This document shows, one piece after another, positions 1 to 12,946 of a stretch of 64,000 nt of DNA. The stretch is taken from positions 6,696,001 through 6,760,000 of the forward strand of contig OZ059898.1 in NCBI GenBank assembly GCA_964057225.1, in the 5' to 3' direction. Every line of letters starts with the position of its first letter. Position 1 is the first letter of the stretch. Made by a program: the position numbers and the translations under genes. The notes below the pieces were generated by a model. It saw only the letters and a program-made list of their open reading frames with translations, had not been told where the DNA came from and ran no database searches. The DNA is from Auanema rhodensis. Taxonomy: Eukaryota > Animalia > Nematoda.

Positions 1-798
1 CACGTGATTCACGTAATTAGCTATTTAAATTAAAATGAAAGAATATGAACGGTTGTTGTTCCATTTATCAAAGTTTAAAGCATTTTATTGTTTTTGTTAA
101 ACTTAATTTCATAAAGTTGGTAATGAATAAAGAAAATTAATCCAACTTTATAATAAAACATGATCGTACAGGTTAAAATGGTATGTTTTCTTATGTTTTT
201 TTAAAGAAAAAGAAATCCGGTTTGTCTTTTATTATAGGTTTCCGAAATCATTTTTTGCTTTATATTGTATAATTAGCATTGACTAGGAAGTAATATTATT
301 TTTTTATATTCAAAATCTCTATAGATTCTCGATTGATGAATACTCTCATTTGAACTTTTTTTTTTGGATTTTACTTTAACCTTTGAAAATATGCATATTA
401 TATGTGAATATATGAGTGAAAGAAAAGAAAAATAGGATGAAGGAAGATTTTGTAGAATAGGACATTCGATTCGTTGAGAGCGTCCAAAAGGACTAATTAC
501 TTCTCTGCGCACATCTCGCCTTGTATTTTAGGTTTCTACACGTGTATGATGATGATGATGATGGCATGACTTGTATAAAGGTTAAAAAGAATGATCTATA
601 GATAGAATAACTATATAATTATTGAAAACTATAAATACTATATGTATATATAACCTAATAAATCCAATAATAATGTTTGAATGCATCTTGTTTGTATGAT
701 GATGATGATAATTGTGAATAGGGAGGTAGGAGTGTGGATAACGTAAATAAGGATAAATACATGTTTTTTTGTTGAGTAAATTATATTAAAATTCTAAC

Positions 799-1094
799 CT
801 TATATGAAAATTTCCAGTTTGTACATAAACTGCATCAACTTTATAATTATCAGATATTTGTTGACATGTTGTATCACGACTTATACTTGCAACAGTACTA
901 CGATCTCCTTCAGCTGAATATAATCGCAATGAACATAATTGCTTATTAGATATAACAGGAGGTCGTATAGTTGATTTCTAATAAATATAATAGTTAATAT
1001 AGTTAATATATAATTAATATATTACCTGGCTTACATATTTTCTTTGGTATGTTAGACCAGATGCTGTATTATTTGAATTAGATCTGTTGATCAT
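799..1094 (-). CDS. 5' exons of a probable PHLPP-like (RA/ubiquitin-like N-terminal domain) gene; rest of the gene not found, probably beyond the left edge
   Basis: Exons 1094-1026 and 977-799 have GT/AG ends and join in frame: MINRSNSNNTASGLTYQRKYVSQ|KSTIRPPVISNKQLCSLRLYSAEGDRSTVASISRDTTCQQISDNYKVDAVYVQTGNFHIR. The 'LRLY...TTCQQI...VYVQxG..HIR' pattern recalls the N-terminal RA domain of PHLPP phosphatases (recognition only). An upstream exon is possible. Confidence 0.5.
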
Positions 1095-2736
1095 TTCATT
1101 TCCACTTTCTTATAATTATAAATTGTTATTCAGTAACTAAAATAAAAATAATTTAATTTATATAATATATAAATTAATAAGATTATAAGATTATAAATAA
1201 AAAATAGTTTGTATGAATACTAGAGAGGTATAGATTGAAGGTGAGATGACTAGGGAGAGGTAATGCTAGAATAGGTTGGTTAGGATAGTTGGGGAGAGCA
1301 GGTCCATAATTGACCATAATAAGCGATGCGTGTTCATCTTTCTCTTCTTACTCTTTCTCTCTATTTCTCTCACCTCATACTCATTTTCTCTTTTGACCAT
1401 CATCAGGCCTTTTCTCTACCTACAGCTAGATACCTCTTTCAACTGACTGTCAGAAGGTCAGCCAAACTTCCCTTCTCCACTAGGTTTCGATGTAGTATGT
1501 TCATTGGGACCATTTCTGAGATTTAAAAGTTTTTTCAATGAAAATAAAAAAATGTTGAAGTTAAGTATAAGAAAGAATATAATTATAAAAATAAAATAAA
1601 AAAGAAATATCTTTGATTATATAATATTCGTTTATTTTCTTATTAAAATTATATTTTAAACTGTTAAATAGAAGGAATAAGAATGAATCTGATATCTCTG
1701 GATATACATATACATGTTTTAGATATAATTTTATAACTTTTTAAGAAATTATAAAAAGAAAAGTTGATAATAAAGTAATGTAGTATACAATATATTATTA
1801 AATATATGTATATATTTACTTATACATATCTATTCTTCTATATATAATTTATGTTTTTTTTCTTTTATGTGTTAAAACAATTTCAGAAAATTGTTGGAAC
1901 TGCAAAGAAGACGATAAAGATGTGAAAACGAGCCTTACAGGCGTGGCTTTTAGCTTCAAAAAAGTGGTCGTACCAACGGATTTTCTTTGATACGCTTTAG
2001 ATTTTCCATCCATGAAATTTGTCGTTTTGTCATAATTCGTTTCTTTATTTGAAGTTTTTTTGTAGATTTCATTTAATCATATTATAAAATTCTTATTATA
2101 TACATCTCTTTCTTTTTCATGTTAATTATATAAAATTTTATATTTTTATTTCTTCTTCTTCTTCTTCTTTTAAAATTTAAATGAAAACTTTTATTTATTT
2201 TTATAAAATAGATGGACATTTTGAATTATTTGTCAACCTCATTTAACTGAATTTCTACTTTTTTTTTATTTTAAAAATGTAAACTTAATGTATTGTAAAT
2301 GAGAATACTTAAAGTAAGAATGAAAAAAAAACAACATACACACACAAAACTTTATTCTAAGTTCAAGAGAATAAAAGAACAGAAGAAATGAACTAAAAAG
2401 AAATGAGAGCGAAATCTTCAGATGGCATAGGATTTCCGGTTTGTGAACCATCTAGTTTCATTCACTTTTGTATCATTTAGAATGCCATAGAGTTTCCTTT
2501 AGGTACTTGTCTTCTGGATTATTCACTAATTGAAGATTCTACATAATATCCGGCCAAATAACTCATTATTCACTATTTCTCATTATCAAACATTGTAAAA
2601 AGTGTGTGTATGTGTATCTATTTATACGTATAGTATATGTTTTGTTATTTACCAAAGTCGAGTGTGCTTTTACTTTTTTTTTCTTTATAAATATCTTCTT
2701 AGTTCTGAGTAATTTTACTATAAAATAATTATTTTA

Positions 2737-2741
<5 letters not shown>

Positions 2742-2769
<28 letters not shown>
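2742..2769. repeat. (TA)n microsatellite
   Basis: Uninterrupted TA run of about 14 units. Confidence 0.9.
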
Positions 2770-2772
<3 letters not shown>

Positions 2773-2963
2773 TAAAAAGGTTTAATTGATAGATAGATAG
2801 ATGTTAATCAACATCTATTTATCATTTTCTTTTTCCTGCTTCATTTTTTTTCCACAAATTTGATCTGATTGTCACACTCAGAAAGCTATATGTTTGATTT
2901 TTCTCAAGAAAGTTCATTTTATGTTTCATCAATATTAATCAATTTAATATAATTATTTTAGTT

Positions 2964-4448
2964 ATGATGAAGTTTATTCAATATATTATTATATTTCTTC
3001 TAATTCATACTACTATTTCTATTTTACAACCTATACTTCCTCCTTTACCAATAGATGAAACACAAAACTCTGAAGAATTCGAGTTTGTTTTTCTTTTTCT
3101 TTTTAAATATTTGTATATTTTAAGATTTAATATTGATGGAAGTCCAGATGAACAATTTCAATTAAACTTAAATAGTAATGAAGAAACAGAAATCTTGGAG
3201 GAAAAATCAAGTTCAATCAAACCAGAAGAGAATGCTTCATTTGAAACCACTACTGATGCTGTTTCTACTTCCTCATCTACACCAACAACTTCTACCAGTA
3301 GTACAACATCTCTTCCAACATCGGAAAACTTGCCAACGACAATGATAACGACTACAGTTTCTACAATAACGACAACTTCTTCATCCAAAGATGATGTTCA
3401 TGTTACTATTCCACTTCCATTGGAAGCATTAGAAACTGAAGTTCCATCATTTCACAAATTTTTTGATCGTTTAGAGTAATATAGTAATCGTTTTGTAATA
3501 ATAATTAATATATATATTTTAGTAAAACAACCGATGCTCCAACAACACTTACAACTACTGATAAACAGAAAACTACAGCTACTTTATCAACTTTGAATGA
3601 ATCTTCTTCTACAACTTCTGCAATAAATCCAACTATTACAACTACTTCAATTGCTACAACTAGCTCAACTACCACTCAAACTACACCAACTACAACCACA
3701 TCTGAATCCTTTTCATCTACAACAAAAAAAATTATTTCATCAACTTCTACAAGTCTTATTCCAAAGGAGAATACTTCATCAACTCCTAAAATTCTCAAAA
3801 TTGCTGTCAGTTTTCTACTGAATCAATACGTAAATCAATTTTTTTTTCAGAAGCTTACGAAGATCCAAAAAAATTTAACTGGAGCTTTTACGACAACAAC
3901 TATTAAACCTGTCCCATGTATTCATTTTCAATTAAATCATTTCTTTCTTATATAAAATATATTTTAGTACATCGTCGACGAATTGGAAGAACACGTTTAG
4001 TTAAATTAGTTAGCTTAAATGGAACTGTTGTTCGAATGCCATCTCGAATTCACCAAAGTCCTGAAAATCAAGTAACCACATCGTTAAAGCCATCTACAAC
4101 AACTATTCATCCTCATACTACAACTTCCATATCAATTATAAGTCGTAAGCCTTCTATCATAGTCTCGTCGTCGTCATTCGAGCCAGCACATTTGTTTGAA
4201 AAATCATCGAAATTCATGAATCATCATTCCCACACAAATAAAAAGCACAGCAATGTAATACAGGTAAATTGATTTTATTATTATTTTTAATAAATATAAT
4301 ATATTATATAAATAGTTATTTTAATATTAAAATTTAGATAAATGATATTGAAACTAAGGAATTAGCAACTTCAAGACCAACTATACTTCGTCGACATCAT
4401 CGTCATAGTGGAATAAGCCATAGCAAGATTCATAGAATTCGTATATAA
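2964..4448 (+). CDS. Secreted Ser/Thr-rich mucin-like protein, about 6 exons
   Basis: Signal-peptide-like start MMKFIQYIIIFLLIHTTISIL, long Thr/Ser runs (ORFs 2964-3479, 3593-3955, 3916-4272) separated by short GT-AG introns. Last exon reads INDIETKELATSRPTILRRHHRHSGISHSKIHRIRI with TAA at 4446-4448 and AATAAA shortly after. Confidence 0.8.
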
Positions 4449-5166
4449 TTTATTATATATTTTTATAACATTATATTATAAATAAAATATTTTATTTCTT
4501 TTTTTTTTGTTGTTTATACTAAATTGGTAAAGGTTATGTAATCCAAATCACTTGAAAAAGATTGTATTAGCTATTCACTTATCAAACTTTGATAAGAAAT
4601 CGACAATTTTTGTTGTTTTTTTTTTGAAGTTGATAACATGTGGCAATTCCAATGAACATACTATTCATAATCAGAAATTACAAATATATGATTCAGACAC
4701 TGTAAAACGAAAAGTGATGTGTCATCATCATGTCTCCTCCTTCCAGCCCCCGTCTATGAGTTCTTCTTATGTTTTCCATTCACTGCTCATATACGTAATG
4801 CTATATTCTTTCGTCTTCTTCTTTTTATATAAAAATATTTTTATTTCTTCATTATTACGTGTCTTTCTCTCCTTTTCTTTCTTTTTCTCTTTAATTCATT
4901 TTCATATAACGTTTGATATATCTTGATAAACATATGATCAAATTAGCTTCTTCAAACCATTTGAACATCACTTTTTCTCTCTGTCTCTTATCATAGAGTC
5001 TCAGTTTTTTTTCTATAATTTTAATCAATTATATATATTCTATTATACATTTATATAATATTATTATATTTTATAAATATTTTATATTCTACTTTTTTAT
5101 TTCTTCTATCATATAATCATTTTTAAAAAAAAATCTTTTTTTTTAAGAGTCGGAGAATCCGAATTA

Positions 5167-8100
5167 ATGTCGAAACTTCGGTTACCGACACTCCGATTAG
5201 GGCCGTCTTCGGTTCTAATTCTTCTTCTTCTAATTCATGATATTTCTTGCCAATTTAATCAACAACAACAACAACAATCATTTCCTAATAACCCTCTTGG
5301 TCAACAAGCATCATCGTCTTTCGTTGATTCTCATGGACATAATCGTTTTACAGAATATGATGGTATAAATTATAATAAATAAACATAATTTATATATTGG
5401 TATTTCAGAAAATCTTGTGAAATATGGAGAAGAAGCTAGTGATTCACGAATTACTGATAATCAACGTCAAAATGGTTTACAAATTCGTTTACATAACTTT
5501 TTTCCCTATTATGGTGGACGTTATAACTATACTATGGTTAGTAATTATATTATATTAATTTAATTTAGATTTATTATAGTTTAAGCTTATAATATCAAAG
5601 TTCAAACCAACATTACGCATTCTTTAAGCTTTTATCAAAAAAAAAATTTTAACGCCCACATTGAGAGAAATGTGAATCATAAGTATATTATGAAAGATGA
5701 AAATAGTATGCATGGCAATCAACTTTATTTGTTAAAGATTTATCGATTTCTTATCGTTTTTGAAACTTATCATCATCTTCTATGTGTACTTTTCGAGATT
5801 TGTTTGACTCAAACACCTTCAATTTCTCTACGATCATACAATTGAATTGGTTAATAATTTCACCAAATGATTAAAATAAATATAAAAGAATAATTAACTA
5901 AAGAAAAGAAAAAATAATATAATTTAGATTTCAACAAATGGATTTATTAGTTTTGCTTATTTTTCTGATGATTCACCATCAATGACAGTAGGATTAGATG
6001 TTGATTGGCCAAGTCAAAGTGATCCAGCAGTTATTGCTCCATATATGTGCAAGTAAGATATATACATATTTCATATAAATTTAAATAAAAAGAAATATTA
6101 AAACAAAACTTCTATATATGATGTATATAGATGAAACGATAGATGATGTATATCATGTTTATTCAAAAAAAATTGACATTTTCACAAAGAAAGCAACTCC
6201 TTCTGAATCATTTTCTTCAAAAATTGCGTCATCGGTCAAAAAGTTCTTTTAACAAAACTTCTCATTGAAAATGTTTTTTTTTTGGTAAATCGTACTATCC
6301 ATATTTGCATGAACTATTTGTGATTTTGAGCAAAAAAAAGGACCATGAGATGGCTAATAGCATTAGTTCAAAAGAAAAAAAAAGATTTGTAACATCATGT
6401 AACATCACCTAAAAGATAAATTCGAACAGTTAAATATTCTTTTATAATAATAATTATTATTATAGCCAATCAATAATTTATATTTTAGACAACGTATTCA
6501 AAGTGGACAAGGTCTTCAATCTCAAATTTACTATCGTTTAGAGGTTCGTCAAGATGTTGCTCCACATAATTATGCAAGACGTATGTTTTTTCTACTGATA
6601 ACTGACTAATTATATATATATATTATTTCTAAACTAAACTATTAAAGAAAATGATGGTAGACGATCAATATGTCAAGGAAAACCAGAATATTTCAAATGT
6701 GATGAACAATCTGATGAATTCTTAGATTCTATGCAAAAAGCCTTAATGCGTATGTTTTTCTTTAACTTTTAACTTATATGAATATAAGTATACAAACTGA
6801 TTCAAATAAAATTTTAGAAGGAGTTGCTGGTGCATCAACATTTAGAGCTGAAGCTGCATTAGTTGTAACCTGGGTTAATATGAGGCCCAATATAGGATCT
6901 GAGCGTGGACTCGCAACATATCAATTAGTTTGGTTAACAGATGCTCAAGTAAGATTTTAAATTTTTAAATTATAATTAATCAATTGATATTTATTTATTT
7001 AGGGATTACAATCATATACAATGATTAATTATAATAAATTAGGATTTGATGCTGCTGATATGAATGGAAATTCTAGAACAGGAAAATGTCAAGTAAATAT
7101 AAATATATTATATATAATATATATATATATTTGTATTTAAGGCTTTATTCAATGGTGGTAATCATACGGGAACTATTTCTCTTGATTTAAATGAAATGAC
7201 TAAACAACAACCATCATCCTTAGCGTCAAGATCTTCTGTACCACATGTTGTTCGTGGAAGGTATAACATTTAATTATTTTTCAACTTTTACGTGGAAGTT
7301 CACGTAAGCCTTGAGTGCTTCTTCGCTGCGCGTGAAAGTACACGTAAGCCTTGAGTGCTTCTTCGCTGCGCGTGAAAGTACACGTAAGCCTTGCGTGCTT
7401 CTTCGCTGCGCGTGAAAGTACACGCAAGCTACGAGTGCTTCTTCGCTCTTCGTGAAAGTTCACGCAAGCTACGAGTGCTTCTTCGCTCTTCGTGAAAGTT
7501 CACGTAAGCTACGAGTGCTTCACAACTTTTCAAATTCAAATTTCAAACGATTAAATGGAATATTTTACTTCAGATATTTTCATCGTGTTGATGATATTGT
7601 ACGGCCAGCAGGATGCAGTAATAAAACAGGAGGAACCTGTAAGCTTAACTATATACTAGATTAATTATATATTAACTATTTAAGTTCCATTATTGATTTA
7701 TCCTAATATTGTTTCAATGCTTGGACAAGTAAACGTAGATGTAAATGGTTTATGCTTGAATCCATCAACAACATATGTTTTGATGATTGAACAACGTCAG
7801 GTATATATATAAACTTATTCTTTTATATATTATCTGAAATATTATATTAATTATTAGATAGCACCATGTGAAATTGTGAATCCTTCAATAGCTAGATGTA
7901 CATTGCCAAAAATTCAAGATTGGGGAACAAAAACAGTTTATTTTCAACCACAATCAGGATTATCAAATGATGAAAAAGCATATGTAGGATTTATATATTT
8001 TGGTAATAATTATAATTATCTATACAGATACATATATATAATATTATATTAATTATAGTTCCTCCAACAATTGATCCAATGAGATTAGATATAGGTGATA

Positions 8101-11100
8101 TTCATTCATGGTATTTAAATCCACCACCAAGTACAATGACTATAAAATGGTTAGATATACCATAAATAATTTACAAATTTATATTATACTATATGATATA
8201 TTTAAGGTATCCTCGAAATTTTTCTTTGCCTCGAACTGAAACAGAGTTTGCTCGAATGAACTATTTCGATGATTCTGTATATAATGTTCAATTAGGATTA
8301 TATGTTGTTGGGTATGCTGAAGCTAAAAATGAACAAGCTCGAAAATTTACACCACAACATCGTGTATTAGCTAGGTATTATATATAAATTATATAAATAT
8401 AGTTTAACTATAATATATTAAAGACTAGCTACATATTCTAATCGTGGAGATGAATACTATCGTTGGAATCCAATGGTTGAAAAGTTACATTTGGAACAAG
8501 ATGTTGAGCAATGGTATTTAAGTAAAGAAGAACAAAGAAAAGATTTATTTAAATATCGGTAACTATATATTCATTATAAATATAATTTTTATAATTAATT
8601 ATATTGTAGATTTGGTTATTTAAAATTAGCAAGAATACCTACAAATGATGCTACTTCAACATTTAATATTGATAAAGGAATTAATATTGAATTACCTGAA
8701 GGGTGAGCTTATAATATTATTTATAAAATATAATTTATATATATACTATATATTATTATTATTATATTTATTATTTTAGAATGGTTTCTTCTCCAATATC
8801 TTTACATTGGCTATGGAGTTTAACAGAAGTTGTTTCACCAAATTATCGACATGATAAAGAAAGTAAAATTAAACTTGTTAAAGAAAAGGTTTATTCTTAA
8901 TTTTTATATAATATAATATTAAATGTTTTTAGTCTCAACTAATGTGTCATAATTGGTATGATGAAGATGGAGCTTTAACGAATTTTATTAAAGATACTGA
9001 GAGTAACTTCAGTTGTCCATGTACAGAACATCAAGCTCGTGTGGACATTGGTCGTTTTATGCCACATCCTCGTTGTAGTTATGTATGTTTTTACTATTTT
9101 AATTATATGATATATATTAATATAATTTAAGCTTTTCCGTGATATATCATGCACAGAAACATTAGGTGCAATGAATTGTTATATGTCAGCTCAAAATGTA
9201 CAAGGTAGCATTAATCGTAGAACTAAGCATGGTGATGAACATTCGTAAGTATTTTTTATATTTTTATATTATATACTATTCAAATAATATATAGATCATA
9301 TTCAACTCATTATGGACAAACATGTTGCTATGATTCGAAAGGATTTTTAATGCAATCTAGTTATCAACCTGTTATTAAAGTTGAAGAATCTACACCATAT
9401 TCTCCAGGATTTCCAACACGTGCATATGAAATGGGATCAGATCCATATCAGGGAATGTTTGAAGTACTATATTAATTATTATTTATTCATTCTAATTATA
9501 TTATTTAGGTTCCTGGTTTATCTACATTTCATCATGATATTATGCCTTATTATTTTTGTTGTAAATTTGCTGATTTTCGTTGTCAATTGTTTTATTGGAG
9601 ACGACCATCTTCTTCATGTCAAGCATATGAACCAGCTGTTACAGGTATATTAACTATAACATGTAATATATAACATTTCTTATAGGATCTGTCTTGGGTG
9701 CTGGTGTCATATCTACATTGAATAACAAGAATATTGTGTTCAATGAACCCGGAATTTTCCGTTTCTTACATGCACATCAGACAAAGACAACACCAGAAGT
9801 ACAAATACAGATACGTATGGAACGATTCCCTGATCGTAGCGTTGATTTTGGTAAAATTCATAAACACACGAAGTTATTTTGAGAAAATATTTTCATTTTC
9901 AGGTTCTCATAACATAGAACAAAGAGATTTAGTTCAGCCTACAAATGCTACTGTTATAACAGGCGTTGTTTTACAATCAAGTGGTGCTGATAAGTATAAT
10001 AATAAATATATTTATATATATATAAAGATATTATATAATTTTAGAGTTCATGTTGTTTTACGAAAAGATACAAGAAGAGGACGTTATAAGACATCAATTA
10101 TTGTTGGAAATGTTATAAGATATTTTGATAATATGCATTTACAACGATTTAAAGGTAAAAAGCTTCTTCTTACTTTTTCTTTAAAATTTATATTATTTAA
10201 TATAGGAGTTACTATATATGTTAATAATATTGCTAAAGGACAAGCTGAAATCTTTGTTGTTTTGGATAAAGCTCAAATAGGTTTACGTATAAGGTTAGAT
10301 CAAGTTTATAACTTTATTTATTATAAATAATATTTAAGAGAATCATATGCTATTGATATTGATACGAAATTCCAATATATGGAAAGTCTTGGATTACTTG
10401 ATGTTCAAATATCAGTTCCACCTCAATATAAAGTTGTAAGTTTACATAATAGATATAATTAAAACTATTATTTATACTTTAGCATCGTCGAGATGGTACA
10501 CCAAGAGATATAAATGATCCAAAAATTGAAGGATTAATCAATCCATATCCTGATGATCCTTATAATGATCAATATGGTTCAACATTATTATGGAGTAATG
10601 TTAATGATGGAGGAAATCGTAATTCTTTATTAAAATGTTAGTTATTTTATAAAATAAAACAAAAAAAAATATATATATAATATATAATATGATAATATTT
10701 ATATAACTTTTATTATATTTTAGATAAAATTAAAGGCGATTATGAAACACAAAACGTTGATTTACAACAACATAGCGATGATACTCAAGATTTATTCCAA
10801 GCTCGTAATGAACAAGAAAAAATGTTCCAGGTTGAAGAATTTTATATTATTATTTCTTAATAAATTAAATATATTTAGGCATTTGCTGATCATTATTTAA
10901 AAGGACCTGTATATAAAGTCGCTTCAAAGTATCAGCAGTAAGTTAATATTCTTATAAATTATTATAATTATATAATTATTAATTTACAGCACACCATTTG
11001 TTCCACAAACTGAAGCTGATTTCAAGCAATTTTTACGTTTTTGTACTACTATTCAACGTAAAAACATTTTAAAACATAACTAATTCAAAGTATACAAACT

Positions 11101-12152
11101 ATGATTTTCAGCCGAATATATGAGTGTAAACGATCGACGATATGCTCGTTGTCCTCATCATCTTTCGTATTTGGAATCTGATTGTGGACAAGATGTTACT
11201 TGTATGTATGATGCTGTAATGCTTCAGGTTTGCATATATAAACAAATTTAATTTAATTCAAAAATCATAATTATAGGCTCAATTACTTGGAGAAGAATCA
11301 CGTGAATCTTTTTATACTTATGTAGAGAATCGTCAACTAGGAGAAGGTCGCTACAATAGTTGTGGAGCTATGAATATAGAATATCCAGAATATTTAATTA
11401 AGGTGATACCTTTTTCATTTTTTATTTTATTTTTTTTTATTTTAGGGACCATCAAGTGGAGAACCCGCCTATTTGGAAGGAAACTCATTATCATTTAGTT
11501 GTTTCCAAACTCATATTGTGAAAGGAACTTCAGATTTTACTTGTAATAACTTATTCTATTGATTGAATTTTTCATATTTCAACTTATAGGTCATCGAATT
11601 AAGAATGAACGAGATAATACATATAGATTCCAATGGACACAAGGTGGTCAACCATGGTGTAGAGCTAGGTAAAATATATTTTAAAATAATAAATTATAAA
11701 AAATTTAAATAAATTTAGAGCAACTGATAATGTATTAACATGGTTACAATGGATAGCTATTGCTGTTGGTATTATACTTGTACCTATTATTATCTTTACA
11801 ACATGTTGGGCTATTAAACAAAATCAAAAGAATAAATCTTCAAGAAACATTGCATCAAAGGAAATAGAAATGGTAAAACATAACACTTTGATCATTTTAT
11901 TTATTTATTTTTTAAAAACAAATTTTTAGACTCCATTAAAACCTCGTCAGCCTGATAACTTTTCAACTACTGACTCAGATATTACACGTTTGGACCGAGA
12001 GCCTACTAGCCGAAGTAGGACACCAGTTTTTGGGTTAGTAATCATACATTTAAAAATTAAAATTAAAATTAAAATAAACTCTGTTACTATATATTTAATT
12101 AATATTTTTCAGATATAATCAAAAACATAGGATGAATGAACTCTCAGTTTAA
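5167..12152 (+). CDS. Mesh/SUSD2-like type I membrane protein (signal peptide, NIDO, Ig-like, AMOP, VWD, Sushi, TM), about 36 exons
   Basis: Signal peptide (SSVLILLLLIHDISC); NIDO-like segments (FFPYYGGRYNYT, ISTNGFISF, DPAVIAPY, ATYQLVWLTD, ALFNGGNHTG); AMOP (CHNWYDEDG...SCPC...DIGRFMPHPRCS, TCCYD, YFCCKFADFRCQLFYWRRPSSSC); Sushi (SCGAMNIEYPEY, LSFSCFQTH); TM (WLQWIAIAVGIILVPIIIFTTCWAI). Ends GYNQKHRMNELSV with stop at 12150-12152. Confidence 0.9.
7291..7521. repeat. 40-bp minisatellite, about 5.8 copies, inside intron 7261-7573 of the Mesh-like gene
   Basis: Unit CGTGAAAGT(A/T)CACG(T/C)AAGC(CTT/TAC)GAGTGCTTCTTCGCT(GCG/CTT) starts at 7291, 7331, 7371, 7411, 7451 and 7491. Confidence 0.97.
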
Positions 12153-12946
12153 TATCATATAATCTATTATAATAATAGCTTTTATTTATCAAAGTATTTT
12201 AGTATAAATAAAAAATATTTTGTACTTATTATATCTTATCTCAATGTTATATGTATCTCATAATCTTTCTGTCCTTTATAAGGAGAGCTTTCATATATTT
12301 TTGTATATTATCGTTTAATTTATAAACAATTTAAATTTTCATGCTTTAAGTTTTCAATAAATTCATTTATTATAAAGTCTTTTTTGTTTTTAATTTTATA
12401 TTATATGCATATATAGTACATATAATTAGTGATCAAATACAGAAGATGTTTGTAGTTTGGTGCCTCTAAATGTTTCTGTTTTATTTCCATTTATGGGGTT
12501 ACGGTATTAATAACACCGATTGTATTCTTTATTACAGCAAGTACAAAAATCCTTTCTACAATTCTTTTTTCTTTATTCTTTTAAGTTTTGAAGAATATTT
12601 TTGATTTCTTTAATCTTTTTTTCTTTATATATATGCTATTAAAATAGTTTATTTCATATTAAATTATATTCTTTCATTTATTTGTTTTATATTGCCGATC
12701 TATTTCATTTTTTTATTTAGTCAATACCTTTTAAAAAATTTTACTTTTTTTATAATTCAATTTTTCTATTAAGTAGTTTTTCGTTTTTTTCAAAATAAAT
12801 TGAATAATTAGTCTTAAGGAGAAAATGGAACGCGGCTCTACCCTAAATTTGAATAAAGCATCGAAATGTTGTCATCGAAATTTGAATGATTATTCAAAAT
12901 TTTATTAAAAATGGATGGGAATCATATTTTTAATAATTTACAGCCA

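Noticed and set aside
7281-7560. ORFs 7281-7463 (-) and the 5' part of 7452-7664 (+)
   Set aside because: Read-through of the intronic minisatellite; only about 7574-7638 is a real exon.
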